Source: Saprolegnia diclina VS20
Lineage: Eukaryota
Direction: 5' to 3'
DNA: 54,666 nt
Assembly: GCF_000281045.1 (NCBI RefSeq)
Contig: NW_008246080.1
Coordinates: 381,844 to 436,509, forward strand
Shown here: piece by piece, positions 22,863-32,636 of the stretch
Position numbering within the stretch: position 1 is the first letter of the stretch
How the letters are laid out: each line of letters begins with the position of its first letter
Position numbers and translations under genes: made by a program
Notes under the pieces: generated by a model
Databases searched by the model: none
What the model was told of the DNA's origin: nothing
What the model saw: the letters and a program-made list of their open reading frames with translations, nothing else

Positions 22863-23841
22863 ATGCCAAGCACCAACGAGCGCTGGGCCGAGCTTCGCCC
22901 GTTGCTGCTGGCCGGTACCTATACCGATGCGATGCGCTTCGTCGATGACGTCGAGACCAAGCTCGCCGACTTGCGCGCGGCCGAAGCGTCGCTGCGGGTG
23001 TTGCAGGCGACGGCGCCGCCTGCCAGCATCGTCACGCTCAACGTCGGCGGCAAGAAGTTTGCAACCGCCACGGCCAACGTGCGGCGCTTCCGCGGGAGCT
23101 ACTTGGACGCGATGCTCGCGTGGCCGCCCAACGAGCACGGTGCATACACGGTGATCGCCAAAGCGGCGGCTAATGCAGCGTATAGGCGAGTACTTTATCG
23201 ATGCCGACCCGACGCATTTTGGGCGGATCATGCGCCTCTTGCGCACCGGAACACTCGTGTTCGATGGCCTGTGCACGAGTGACGTCGAAGAGCTCCACGC
23301 GCTTGTCGACTACCTCCAGCTCAGTGTTGTCGCCGCCGAGATGGCGTGGGACCCGGCCCACTGCAGCACAGCGCTCTCGCTCTCGGACGCGAACCGCCGT
23401 GTGACCAAGCACGGCGTCACCGCCGACATGTCACCGGTCCTCGGCACGACCCCCACAGCGCGTTTTTGCGTTCGCTTTTCCGCGCTGCAGACTATTGACG
23501 TCGGGCTCACGACGCGCACCAACTTTACTGACACTCGGCACTCGGGTGCGCTTCCCGGATGGTTCTTCCGGTGGCCGCGGGCGTTCCTGCAGGCGTTCGT
23601 ACCTGGCCAAGTCCTCACGCAAACACCCACGTCGTCGTTGGTCCGTTCCAGCGGCGTGTCCGAGGTCGTCGTCCAAGTCGTCTACGACCGCCACACGGCA
23701 TCGATCCACTTTGAGGTCAATGGCCACAGGGTGCCCGAGTGCCTGCGCGGCATCCCGCCAGGGTTGGTCTTGCTGCCGATCGTTCGACTCTTTGATCACA
23801 AAAGTCAAGTCAAGATTGTCTCGAATGCCATGGAAGGCTAG
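22863..23841 (+). CDS. BTB/POZ (KCTD/T1-type) + SPRY/B30.2-like domain protein (intron ~23140-23185)
   Basis: IVTLNVGGKKFAT....F.GSYLDAML...|EYFIDADPTHFGRIMRLLRTG...VDYLQL, then WD......L.LS..N..V...IHFEVNG...L.PIV.L. Confidence 0.85.
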
Positions 23842-24689
23842 TACGCCGACTCTAATGTTCGGATTCGTGTCGAAAGTTGCTATTTGGGCCCATTGTGTCA
23901 CTAATTGTTGCGTTTTGGGGCAAAAATGGGCACATTTTGTAAACCGATCTGAAATGGGGCAATTTTTGTCGAAATCCCGAGCGACCCTCTTCACGAGCTG
24001 CACCAACGGGCTCTAGGTGCGGCACACCAAGGCAACGTTGTCCGTGCACCGGGTGCCTCAAGAACGGTATTTGCACAAGTCCTGGCGACCGCCGCGCAAG
24101 TGCGCGACCTTTGCGACCAGCACCAAGTGGTGCCGAAGGTCTATCTCTCGCTCGAAATCGAGTGTAATGTGAGGAATGGAATATTCTATGTACAATACTG
24201 CGTTGAAGTCGAGAACGACTTGCAATGGTCGACGGAAAGAAGCCCGGTGGCCTTGCCTCCGAGACAACACTGCGGGGGTTGCCACAGCAAACGACAGCCG
24301 ATGCATCGAGGATGGCTTCAACAACCGTCCTCTCCACGTTTTCAAATCGTACTTGCGGCGCTGTGACCGATTCCGCTCAAGGCAACAACCAGAACATTTA
24401 TCACCAGACAGAGGGAGGTCGGACTCCCTAAACACCGGCTAGAGTTCTATGAAGCAAACGCAATGGCAGCGAAGATACGTCTACGGACTGCTGCCAAAGG
24501 CTGTAGAGTCCCACATCAACGGGCTTCTCCGTAAGACTAAACATGCAAACACACATCGCCTCGTCCCGGCCAAGTGACGTGGGCTAGGTTCACACCCAGT
24601 GCCCCGCCACTGTATGCAACCAACGGTCACAGGTGACGACTGGCGGTGCTGCCGCCTGGTGACGCGCTCTACCAGGGCAGTTCCTACGC

Positions 24690-25571
24690 ATGGGACGTAC
24701 ACCTAATGAGGTTGCAGCGCCGGGGGGTTATGTATCGCTTCAGTTCGGCAACCCATTGGCCGCAACGACGTGGAAGATCGCGTGTTACAAGATCTTTGCA
24801 GATTCAACGAGGATGGGTTCAACCGTCGTGCGCGTGCGTAGCCTCCGCTTCTTCATCGCACTCTACGCGGCGTACACCCGGTACCGCCACCGCCTTACGA
24901 GTCCATCAAACCCGCTCGATTTCCGCCACTTGGAGCTTGAAGAGCAGCTCGAGAACCTGTACCTATTCGTCGTGTATGCGCCGCACGTCGGCGACGACGT
25001 CCTCGCCAACGTCCAAGCCGCGCTCCTCGACCTCCTGAGCGAGCTGCGTCTGCCACTGCTCTCGAGCGTGCACAGCTACGTTCGGCGCGAGCGCATCTCG
25101 GTGGCGATCGCGTCCGACAAGCAGCAAGTCGCGCCCGGGCTCTTCATCGGCTCGTCGCTCGCCTTGCTCTCGTCGCTCTCGGACGACGCGCCTTTTTCGC
25201 GCGGATTTGTCGCGGCCACAGCGCGTGCGCTGGACGGGATCGAAGTGGCGACCACTGCGCGCGACACGCTTCTGCGCTTGGATCTCGACAAGGTCAACTT
25301 GGACGCAATGGCGAGCGTCAACCTCCTCAACGAGCAGCTCGCATTGCATGCGACGGTTCTCGTGTTTTGTGAGACGGGTGTGGCGTTTAGCGGCGCCGTC
25401 TGCATCGCGTACCTCATGCACACGTGTCGACTGCCGTACGAAGCCGCCCTCGCCGTCGTCCGAGCGGCGCGCGGCCTTGTCGAGCCGACACCCGCTCTGC
25501 GAGACGTCTTGACCGCGTTCGAGGTCGATCTTGCATTGTCGTCGGAGGCGCCGCAGCTGTTTATTGCGTAA
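24690..25571 (+). CDS. Dual-specificity phosphatase-like protein (terminal exon; probable upstream exons from ~23950 unresolved)
   Basis: QVAPGLFIGS...VLVFCETGVAFSGAVCIAYLM....YEAALAVVRAARGLVEP..ALRDVLTAFE is a DSP fold with an altered P-loop. Confidence 0.72.
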   Translation: MGRTPNEVAAPGGYVSLQFGNPLAATTWKIACYKIFADSTRMGSTVVRVRSLRFFIALYAAYTRYRHRLTSPSNPLDFRHLELEEQLENLYLFVVYAPHVGDDVLANVQAALLDLLSELRLPLLSSVHSYVRRERISVAIASDKQQVAPGLFIGSSLALLSSLSDDAPFSRGFVAATARALDGIEVATTARDTLLRLDLDKVNLDAMASVNLLNEQLALHATVLVFCETGVAFSGAVCIAYLMHTCRLPYEAALAVVRAARGLVEPTPALRDVLTAFEVDLALSSEAPQLFIA

Positions 25572-26054
25572 AGATGGTAGCATTACCAAGAGGCAGCCCG
25601 CAGAATTTCGTCGTACACTGCCAGGAACAAGCCAAGTTTTCACTGTCGCCAAATGCAATACCGTCATCTCTCGGCAGGACGACAGTACCTCTATCATAAC
25701 GTCTTTGAATGGCTGTTGCTGACCGGCACAATTGAACGATGCATCTCGACGTATGTTGAAGGTCGTGGACCAGGGCTTCTTCGAGGAGTTCATGGGTGCT
25801 TCTAGGTGGCGATGACGCTGTGCTTCTTTCAACGGCACCTCGAGCGTCCTACGTACTGCACTGTGCTATGAGCTTTGCCTTGCTCGACGCCCTCAAGAGG
25901 CTGTAAATTTGCATGCTCCGGGTCTCGCCCGATGTCCGATAAGGGTTCATCCTCTATGGTTGCCCTGTCCTCGACCACCAACACATTCCTGGCAAGACCA
26001 CTCGTTGCCGTGCAACACCATATAGTATAATCTATCGATGTATCAAGTGTGACA

Positions 26055-26939
26055 TCACGTGGGCTCGCTCAAATACGGTGGCATGCGCGCGTTCCGGGAC
26101 TCGATAAAGCTGCGGTACTCGCGCGCAATGAAGAGTTTGGGAATTTGCTCGCGCAGCGCGAGCGCCTTTGTCGTGTCGCTTGGCATGCCTTTCTTGGTCG
26201 GGGCGCCCCGACTGCGCGCCCCGTCCGGCGTTTGCTTGCACCAGCTTTTGGGCGGGAGGTACCACGCGCCATAGGCCGCCTTTTTCTTGGTCACGCAAAG
26301 TTGGGGCGTCGCGGGCGAGACCGCTGCGTTGATTTTGGGCGATTCGCCACTGAGCTCGGCGGGAATGTCGAGAGCGAGTCGCACGCGGTCCGAGGCGCGC
26401 CATAGAATGTGCGGCGTCGTCGGTCGCTCGGGTTGCATCGGTCCATCCTCCGGTGTCTTCTTGCGGTTGGCTTCGTTCTGGAGCAAGTCGAGTTTGCCTT
26501 GGATCCGGGCGTGTGCCGTGTCCTTGACCATCTGCATGTCTTCGGGTCGAAAGATCGAGAGGCGGCGCGTCTTGGCCGGTGGGCTTGGAACTGTCGGCGC
26601 CTCGTGCGGCACGGCGTCGGCCACTTGGCTAAAGTCGTGGTGGTCGTTCTTGGGCGCCTTCTCTTGCTCGCTGCGCAGTACGTGGAGCTCGTTCATGAGC
26701 GAGTCCAAAATGTCGTCGCGCTGCGTTTCGCCTGTGAGAAGCGACAGAATCTTGTTCTCTGTCGGGTCGACATACTCGGTGTCGAACGTGTGCTGCAGCG
26801 TCAGCGCCGCAAGGAAGCTCGGCTGCAGAAATGGCTCGTCGTTCGCAGGTAGCGCGGTGACTCGCGATGGCGGCGACAGAAAGCGCCACGTGAGGTCGCT
26901 AAAGGGCCGTTGCGACGCGTGCTGCCGCCTCGCCTGCAT
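26055..26939 (-). CDS. Hypothetical protein
   Basis: Long ORF with natural composition. C-terminal motifs YGAWYLPPKSW and IPKLFIAREYRSFI...RMPPYL look conserved, but I do not recognise the family. Confidence 0.65.
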   Translation of the reverse strand: MQARRQHASQRPFSDLTWRFLSPPSRVTALPANDEPFLQPSFLAALTLQHTFDTEYVDPTENKILSLLTGETQRDDILDSLMNELHVLRSEQEKAPKNDHHDFSQVADAVPHEAPTVPSPPAKTRRLSIFRPEDMQMVKDTAHARIQGKLDLLQNEANRKKTPEDGPMQPERPTTPHILWRASDRVRLALDIPAELSGESPKINAAVSPATPQLCVTKKKAAYGAWYLPPKSWCKQTPDGARSRGAPTKKGMPSDTTKALALREQIPKLFIAREYRSFIESRNARMPPYLSEPT

Positions 26940-27002
26940 GGGCTTCAATTCGCTCCACTTCAACTTGCCCAATTTGAGTATTTTTAGTTTGGTTCATTTC
27001 GC

Positions 27003-28496
27003 ATGGTCGACCGCTGGGGCGACTACGACGCGGACGAGCTCCTCACGGGCGCGACCGCCTTTCATGGCGGTGTCTACGGCATCGAGGCCATTGTGCAGGC
27101 GCCGACGCGCCATCGTCCAGGCCAGCACCCGGCAACCACGGGGTCGATCACGCGCCCGCTGCGACCACGGCCACACCGCGCCGCCACCACGTCCAAGCCC
27201 AAGGCGCACGAAGCATCCCAACAAAGAATCAGCGCCCAGCTCGTCACTGCCACGCCTGCACCGACCATGTTTCAGCGCATTTGCGACACCCACGCGTTGC
27301 GGCTCAAGCTCGACAAGCTCTACGCGCTGCCGTACCAAGTGGTGCTCGCGACGACCGCAACGTCCGGAAACATCGTGTCCAAGGACGCGTGGAGTGCGCT
27401 CACGAGGCGCATTGCGCGGCGCTACAGTTTGATCGCACTCGACCCAATCTCGCTCCTCGAGACGCCACCGCGTGTGGGCTACGACGACTTTGTCGAAGCG
27501 CTCAACGCGGTCTTGAGCCACTTTGTCTTGAACCCGACGATCGCAGCGTGCTTGGACGCTGTCACGAACCTCTTTGATGCCATCATCGACGCTGCGACGC
27601 TGCAGTGGCGACCTCTCGAGTCGATCGCGCCGACCATGGCGCCGCCACTGAGCCTCGCCGCGCTTGCCTTTAGCTCGTCGCGCCGGTCAGGCTCCCGCGA
27701 GATGGCCCGGGAAGCCCAAATGACGCAAGAAGAGAACCTCAAGCGCAAGCTGCGGCTGCGCAAGTACCTCAGCGTGCCCAACCCGCTGGCGACGGTCCTT
27801 CCGGACGAAGCAGAGTCGTTTGTATCAAGTCCGCGGACGCTTTTGCTCGACTCACGCCAAGGCAGTCGGTCGCACCTCGTCTCGCCGTCGGCTCAGTTGC
27901 AGCCGGTCCCCAAGCGCGGTCGGCAGCTACCGACGACCAACGACGGTGCGATCGTGTTTGAAAAACCAATGACAGCCGTCGTGCGTGACGAGCTACCGCC
28001 ACTGACCGATCCCATGGTGCTTGTCTGCGCCGACTGCCTCGTCAACGAAGCGCTCTATTGGTGTTCCCCGTGCTTTTCCATCTTTTGCGTCACGTGTTGG
28101 CCCCACCGCCACCAAGCGGCGCCGCCGATCGCACTGGACGCATTTCCGCACCAGTGCGCCATCGTGCAGTCCAAGTCGCTTGCCTCCCTCGGGCCGCCGC
28201 TGCCGTTGCTAGGCCAGCGCACCGTCGTCATGCACCCAAGCGCGCACGCCAAGCCAATGAAGTCGACCCGCCACAAGCCGCTCGCTGCCTCCACGAGCTG
28301 CGTCGAGCTCCGTGTCACAAGCTCCATCCAGTACCTTCCGCCTGTTGTTGTGCGAGAACCGTCGACCAACAACAGCGAGCCCCCCGTCGCACCGCCCGTC
28401 GTTGTCATTTCCAAAGCATTGAACAAGGTTCAAAAATCAAAGCCCGTGGCACTGGCTAGCTATCTCGATGCAAGAGGGGCCATCGTCGACGATTAG
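27003..28496 (+). CDS. Hypothetical protein with B-box-type zinc finger
   Basis: CADCLVNEALYWCSPCFSIFCVTCWPHRH in a 497-aa ORF, with initiator-like TTCATTTC immediately upstream. Confidence 0.75.
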   Translation: MVDRWGDYDADELLTGATAFHGGVYGIEAIVQAPTRHRPGQHPATTGSITRPLRPRPHRAATTSKPKAHEASQQRISAQLVTATPAPTMFQRICDTHALRLKLDKLYALPYQVVLATTATSGNIVSKDAWSALTRRIARRYSLIALDPISLLETPPRVGYDDFVEALNAVLSHFVLNPTIAACLDAVTNLFDAIIDAATLQWRPLESIAPTMAPPLSLAALAFSSSRRSGSREMAREAQMTQEENLKRKLRLRKYLSVPNPLATVLPDEAESFVSSPRTLLLDSRQGSRSHLVSPSAQLQPVPKRGRQLPTTNDGAIVFEKPMTAVVRDELPPLTDPMVLVCADCLVNEALYWCSPCFSIFCVTCWPHRHQAAPPIALDAFPHQCAIVQSKSLASLGPPLPLLGQRTVVMHPSAHAKPMKSTRHKPLAASTSCVELRVTSSIQYLPPVVVREPSTNNSEPPVAPPVVVISKALNKVQKSKPVALASYLDARGAIVDD

Positions 28497-28605
28497 GGTC
28501 GTCTTGTAACTTAAATGATGTGATGTTAGTCGTCGAGTTGGTCGCAGCGAAGCCGACAAGCTCACGTTACTGGCTCCTTACGTAGGATAGATAGAAGGCA
28601 ACCGA

Positions 28606-30090
28606 TCACAAGGGCACCATGCCATGGATACGAAACACGAGGTAGAACATGGGGCTGGACGACGTCACGGGCGTGAGTGCATTGAGCACTTCTTGGCTCT
28701 TGTAGAGCCAGAGACAGTCGGTTGTAGCAGCAAACACCGTTGCGACACCGGACGAGAGCGATGTCACTTCGAGGTCGCCGCCCGACACGGTCTCGTCCCC
28801 ACCGAGACAGTAGACGCACGTGAGCTTGTAGCCATTGTCATTGGGATCGCCGGGCGGACCGCAGTCGAGACGGCGCGGCTGCGACTGTCCCGTCTCGAGG
28901 CACACCAGGGACGTCGAGCACGCGACCTCCATCTTGGCCTCGTCGCAGAGTCGGAGGTCAAACTGCCGGTTGAGAGCAAAGGGCAGCATATGCAGCTTCT
29001 CGACCACGTCGGCAAGTGCGGGAAAGTCGTCGCTCAACGAGCTCTCGGTTGTCCAGAAGCGCATGGCGTGGGGCCCGACAGGTAGGAGTTTGCCTTGTTT
29101 GCGCAGACGGAGCGCATCGCTCCGCAACAAGGGAATGTACTCGTCGCCCATAAAGCTATCGAGCACGCCACACGCCACCGTGCACGATCGAAAGAGGCGG
29201 TCGCCGACATGGTCGTCGATGCGTGCGAGGTGCGCGCACTCGGCGTCGGGACTCGCGAGGAACCGCGCGTCTTGCGCCAAGAGCGCATGCTTGTGGGTGT
29301 TGACGCGCTGGATCATGCTCAAAAGTTCGCGCGCAAAGGCCTCGTTGAAAACCTGTGGTCGCAACACGGCCTCGGTGGCGGCGTCCATGATCTCGCCCTG
29401 CGCTGCGCCCTTGGCTTTTACGTTCCCGAGCACGAGGTTCGCCTTGGCTTCGACCTTGGGCATGAGCGCAATGAGCTCCGACTCGTACGTGGCCGCGTCG
29501 GCGAGGAGCTGGCGCAACGACCGCGGCAACTGCTGCCGCTGAATGTCCTCGGCCGAGATGCCCGGGTAGACCAGCTGCACAAAGTCGCGTTCGTTGCTGA
29601 GCTTGGCAAAGATACCGTCGAGGCAGCCCTGGTGCTGCGATGCCAGCGACTGCTTCAAACGGCGCCACAGCATCTGCGCCGGCTTGGTTGCGTCCGCGTC
29701 GGGCACGACCGGGTCCTTCTCGACGTACAGGCCGCGCAGCGCCTTGGCCGTCGTCGTTGCCGTCGCCGCCTTGGACACCGCCATGGCCTTGAGAATGCAC
29801 TGCTTGCGCGCGCGCCCTTTCTCCCACTGCGGCTGCAGCGCGAGCGCCGCGTTGGCATCGGCGAGCGCGTCCGAGTACCGCTGCAGCTGAAAGTAGCACG
29901 ACGACCGGTTGCCGAGCACGAGATGCTGCTGGTCCTTGGGCGCCGCAGCGAGCGCGCGCGCGTAGGCATCGATGGCTCCGACGTAGTCCTTCTTGGCAAA
30001 GAGGCCATTGCCGTCGGTCTTGAGCGCCGCCCAGTCGTCGCCAGCGGCGTCGGCGTCGAAGCTGCCGTCGGCCGTGGCTTGGAGCACCAT
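28606..30090 (-). CDS. TPR domain + EGLN/prolyl-4-hydroxylase-like 2OG-Fe(II) fold (degenerate active site)
   Basis: LKTDGNGLFAKKDYVGAIDAYARAL...LGNRSSCY...AL.DA (TPR x3). The C-terminal DNGYKLTCVYCL...SGGDL...DCLWLYKS aligns to PHD2 DGRCVTCIYYL...SGGIL...DRLLFFWS. Confidence 0.8.
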   Translation of the reverse strand: MVLQATADGSFDADAAGDDWAALKTDGNGLFAKKDYVGAIDAYARALAAAPKDQQHLVLGNRSSCYFQLQRYSDALADANAALALQPQWEKGRARKQCILKAMAVSKAATATTTAKALRGLYVEKDPVVPDADATKPAQMLWRRLKQSLASQHQGCLDGIFAKLSNERDFVQLVYPGISAEDIQRQQLPRSLRQLLADAATYESELIALMPKVEAKANLVLGNVKAKGAAQGEIMDAATEAVLRPQVFNEAFARELLSMIQRVNTHKHALLAQDARFLASPDAECAHLARIDDHVGDRLFRSCTVACGVLDSFMGDEYIPLLRSDALRLRKQGKLLPVGPHAMRFWTTESSLSDDFPALADVVEKLHMLPFALNRQFDLRLCDEAKMEVACSTSLVCLETGQSQPRRLDCGPPGDPNDNGYKLTCVYCLGGDETVSGGDLEVTSLSSGVATVFAATTDCLWLYKSQEVLNALTPVTSSSPMFYLVFRIHGMVPL

Positions 30091-30733
30091 GGTCAAGAAA
30101 TAAAATAAAATAATCCCAATTTCCAAAATCTAAATTTCCAAATTTCTCGATAAGATCGCAACCGCTTTTGGCAGCGCTGCCAGCTCGCCGACGCTGCAGC
30201 ATCGTTCCAAGACACTGCATGCGCAACGAGACAAGACGCATGCACATCGCCAACGCTACGCTACGTGGTCGACCACGACAGCCATGCCCGGGACAGGCGA
30301 GGCCTGGCGCGATGTGCGTTCGCGCTTGCGACCCATCATGGCGAGTGGGCTAGTGGTCGACCGGCCAAGAGTCCAAGCAATCAAGGGTCGTGAGACGGAC
30401 GGAGTCGATGGAGGACACGAGGACATGCAGACGCCAAGATATGGGCCCTTGGCGTCTGCCAAACCAGTTCTCAGTCGACTGCCTCGCACCGCTGGCAACG
30501 CTCGCAACCCATGCCATGACGAACGAGCGAGCGCGCCGTACGGTGACGCCGACGTAGGCTGTAGAGCTGCATCATGGTCTGGCACCTTGTACCAAGCAGG
30601 ACCTTTCCAGCGACAGCTTGTCAGATCGACATGAGGCACATGCAATGGTTACCGCTCGTGGAAGCAACACTTGGCCATGGCACACAAAGCATGTTGATCA
30701 ACACAACGTCAATAGCATCATTGAGCAATGAGC

Positions 30734-31795
30734 TTAGATCGCAACTGCTTCGATGATGGAGAAGGGCGTGCCAGTGCGGATGACGCGCACGAGATGCATC
30801 TCGGCGGCGCTCAAGAGGTCGTGGAACTCGGCTTCTGTGCGCTCGCGGCCGCGGAACATCACCAGCGTGTTGAGGTCGAGCATGGCCGTCGAGTCATCGG
30901 GGGTCTCAGAGAGGACTACATCGATGATGAGCACGCGCCCGGTCGCGGGCATGGCCGCGCGAATGTGACGCAGCAGCGTCACGCAGTGCGCGTCGTCCCA
31001 CTCGTGCAAAATGTGCTTGAGCAAATACAAGTCGCCGGGCGGCACCGACTCGAAGAAGTCGCCCGAGACACAGTCAATGTCGAGACTCAGGTTGCCATAC
31101 GTGGCAGCTTCCTGGACCACGTGGGGCAACTCAAAGAGGATGCCCCGGATCGTCTCGGGGCGGTTGAGCGCCGCGAGTACATCGACGAGGAAGTCGCCGT
31201 GCGCGCCGCCCACGTCGACGACCGTCATGTCGTCGGTCACAACGTCTTCAAAGGCGTAGTGCTCAAGGCAGACAGCGCCCGAGATCGCAAACACGTTGGC
31301 CATGGCGTCGTTGAAGAGGTGGCCCTCGTCGTGGTGCTTGGCGTAGTAGCTGCCGAGGTCCGCGCCGAGCTCCTAAGCCGCATGCGCATGAGCGAGAGCG
31401 TACGAAATGGCGTCTACCATGTCGGTGGCCGGCGTGCCATGGCGGATCGTGTGCTCGAGGTTGCCCCACGGCAGCCAGTGGCCGGGCGCCGTCATGGCCA
31501 CGAGGTACGAGCGCATCGAGCCCGGGACGTCCGAGATGAGCGCCTCGCCCGACGATGTGAGCGCAAAGACCGTCGTATCCTCGTGCGATAGAAAGCCCAT
31601 GGACGCGACCGCACGAAGGAGGCGAAAGACGCTGTCGGCGTGGAGCCCGAGCTGCGCCGCAATCTCGTCGGCGCTGAGCGGCCCGTCGCGCAGGAGGTCC
31701 GGGATCTTGAGCGAGGCGACCGTCGCCAAGGCCCGCGTCGCCCACATGTTGCGGACGCACTCAAACACTTGCATCGCCGGCTCGGTCGACGTCAT
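30734..31795 (-). CDS. SAM-dependent O-methyltransferase (family 2, dimerisation + catalytic domain; one intron ~31373-31417)
   Basis: IPDLLRDGPLSADEIA...RLLRA, VVDVGGAHG, GILFELPHVV, GDFFESVP.GDLYLLKHILHEWDD, GRERTEAEF. Confidence 0.92.
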
Positions 31796-32230
31796 CTTGG
31801 CTGCGTGAAATGGAGGATGATCTTGCACGTGGGGCGAGGGATATGATGACGCGCATTCTTAAATCCAGGTTGTTTTTGTATTGTAAGGCGCTGTAGCGAC
31901 CCATAGGTTCTTCAACCCAGGGATCGGGCTGGGCACGGCCGATGCAAGCACGCTATTTTCGATGCACTTGAATAGTCTGCGCACACGATTTGCGCTTTTT
32001 GAAATAGTGTCAATATACGGTGAACGCGCGCAAGCTCGCCCACGTCGGCTCCTTCCCGCGATCAAGCACCGTTGCATGACGACTACAGCTCGTCGATGGT
32101 CTCGTTGGAGGCTTGTCATAGGTGTAACGAAGGCTCACGGAAGGGTGCAGGCGCCGAGACCAAACTCCCCTACCCCCAGCGTCCAACCCAACCCCTTGTC
32201 TCGCCTCCATTTGCTAGTTATTGCCCGGAA

Positions 32231-32434
32231 ATGGCGTCGGCGCCGGTGCTCACACTTCCCAAAGACATCACGGCAGACGTCCCGTCGTCCGACATTTGCC
32301 AAGCCTTTGAGAACCTAAAGCAGCAGCACGCTGCGATCCACGACAAGCGCATCCAGCTCTCGCGAAGCCTCGAGGCCGACCACGCCAACGACGGCGCCCG
32401 CGCCCGGCGGCCCAGCATACAACGAGCTCTTTGA
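32231..32434 (+). CDS. Possible small protein (67 aa)
   Basis: aaATGG start, coding-like codon usage and a helical middle (FENLKQQHAAIHDKRIQLSRSLE). No family recognised. Confidence 0.4.
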   Translation: MASAPVLTLPKDITADVPSSDICQAFENLKQQHAAIHDKRIQLSRSLEADHANDGARARRPSIQRAL

Positions 32435-32636
32435 GGGCAGTGGCGGCGGCGCCTCCAATTCGTAGACAGAGGCAGTGCGCTCATCTAATTAATATACTGT
32501 CCGCCGTGCGGACCTATTGTCGTCGTCGTCGTTCCTCTCGACCAAATCCAAGACTGAGGACCGGGCGTTCCACAGCAATAAGATCTCATTTTTATTTGCA
32601 GTATATTCAATTCGACAACACATAAGACGCGAGAGC

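Noticed and set aside
31373..31417. In-frame stop apparently splitting the O-methyltransferase (pseudogene or readthrough)
   Set aside because: The TAG is the acceptor of a 45-nt GT-AG intron (ATG|gtagac...cttag|GAG). Splicing restores a continuous frame.
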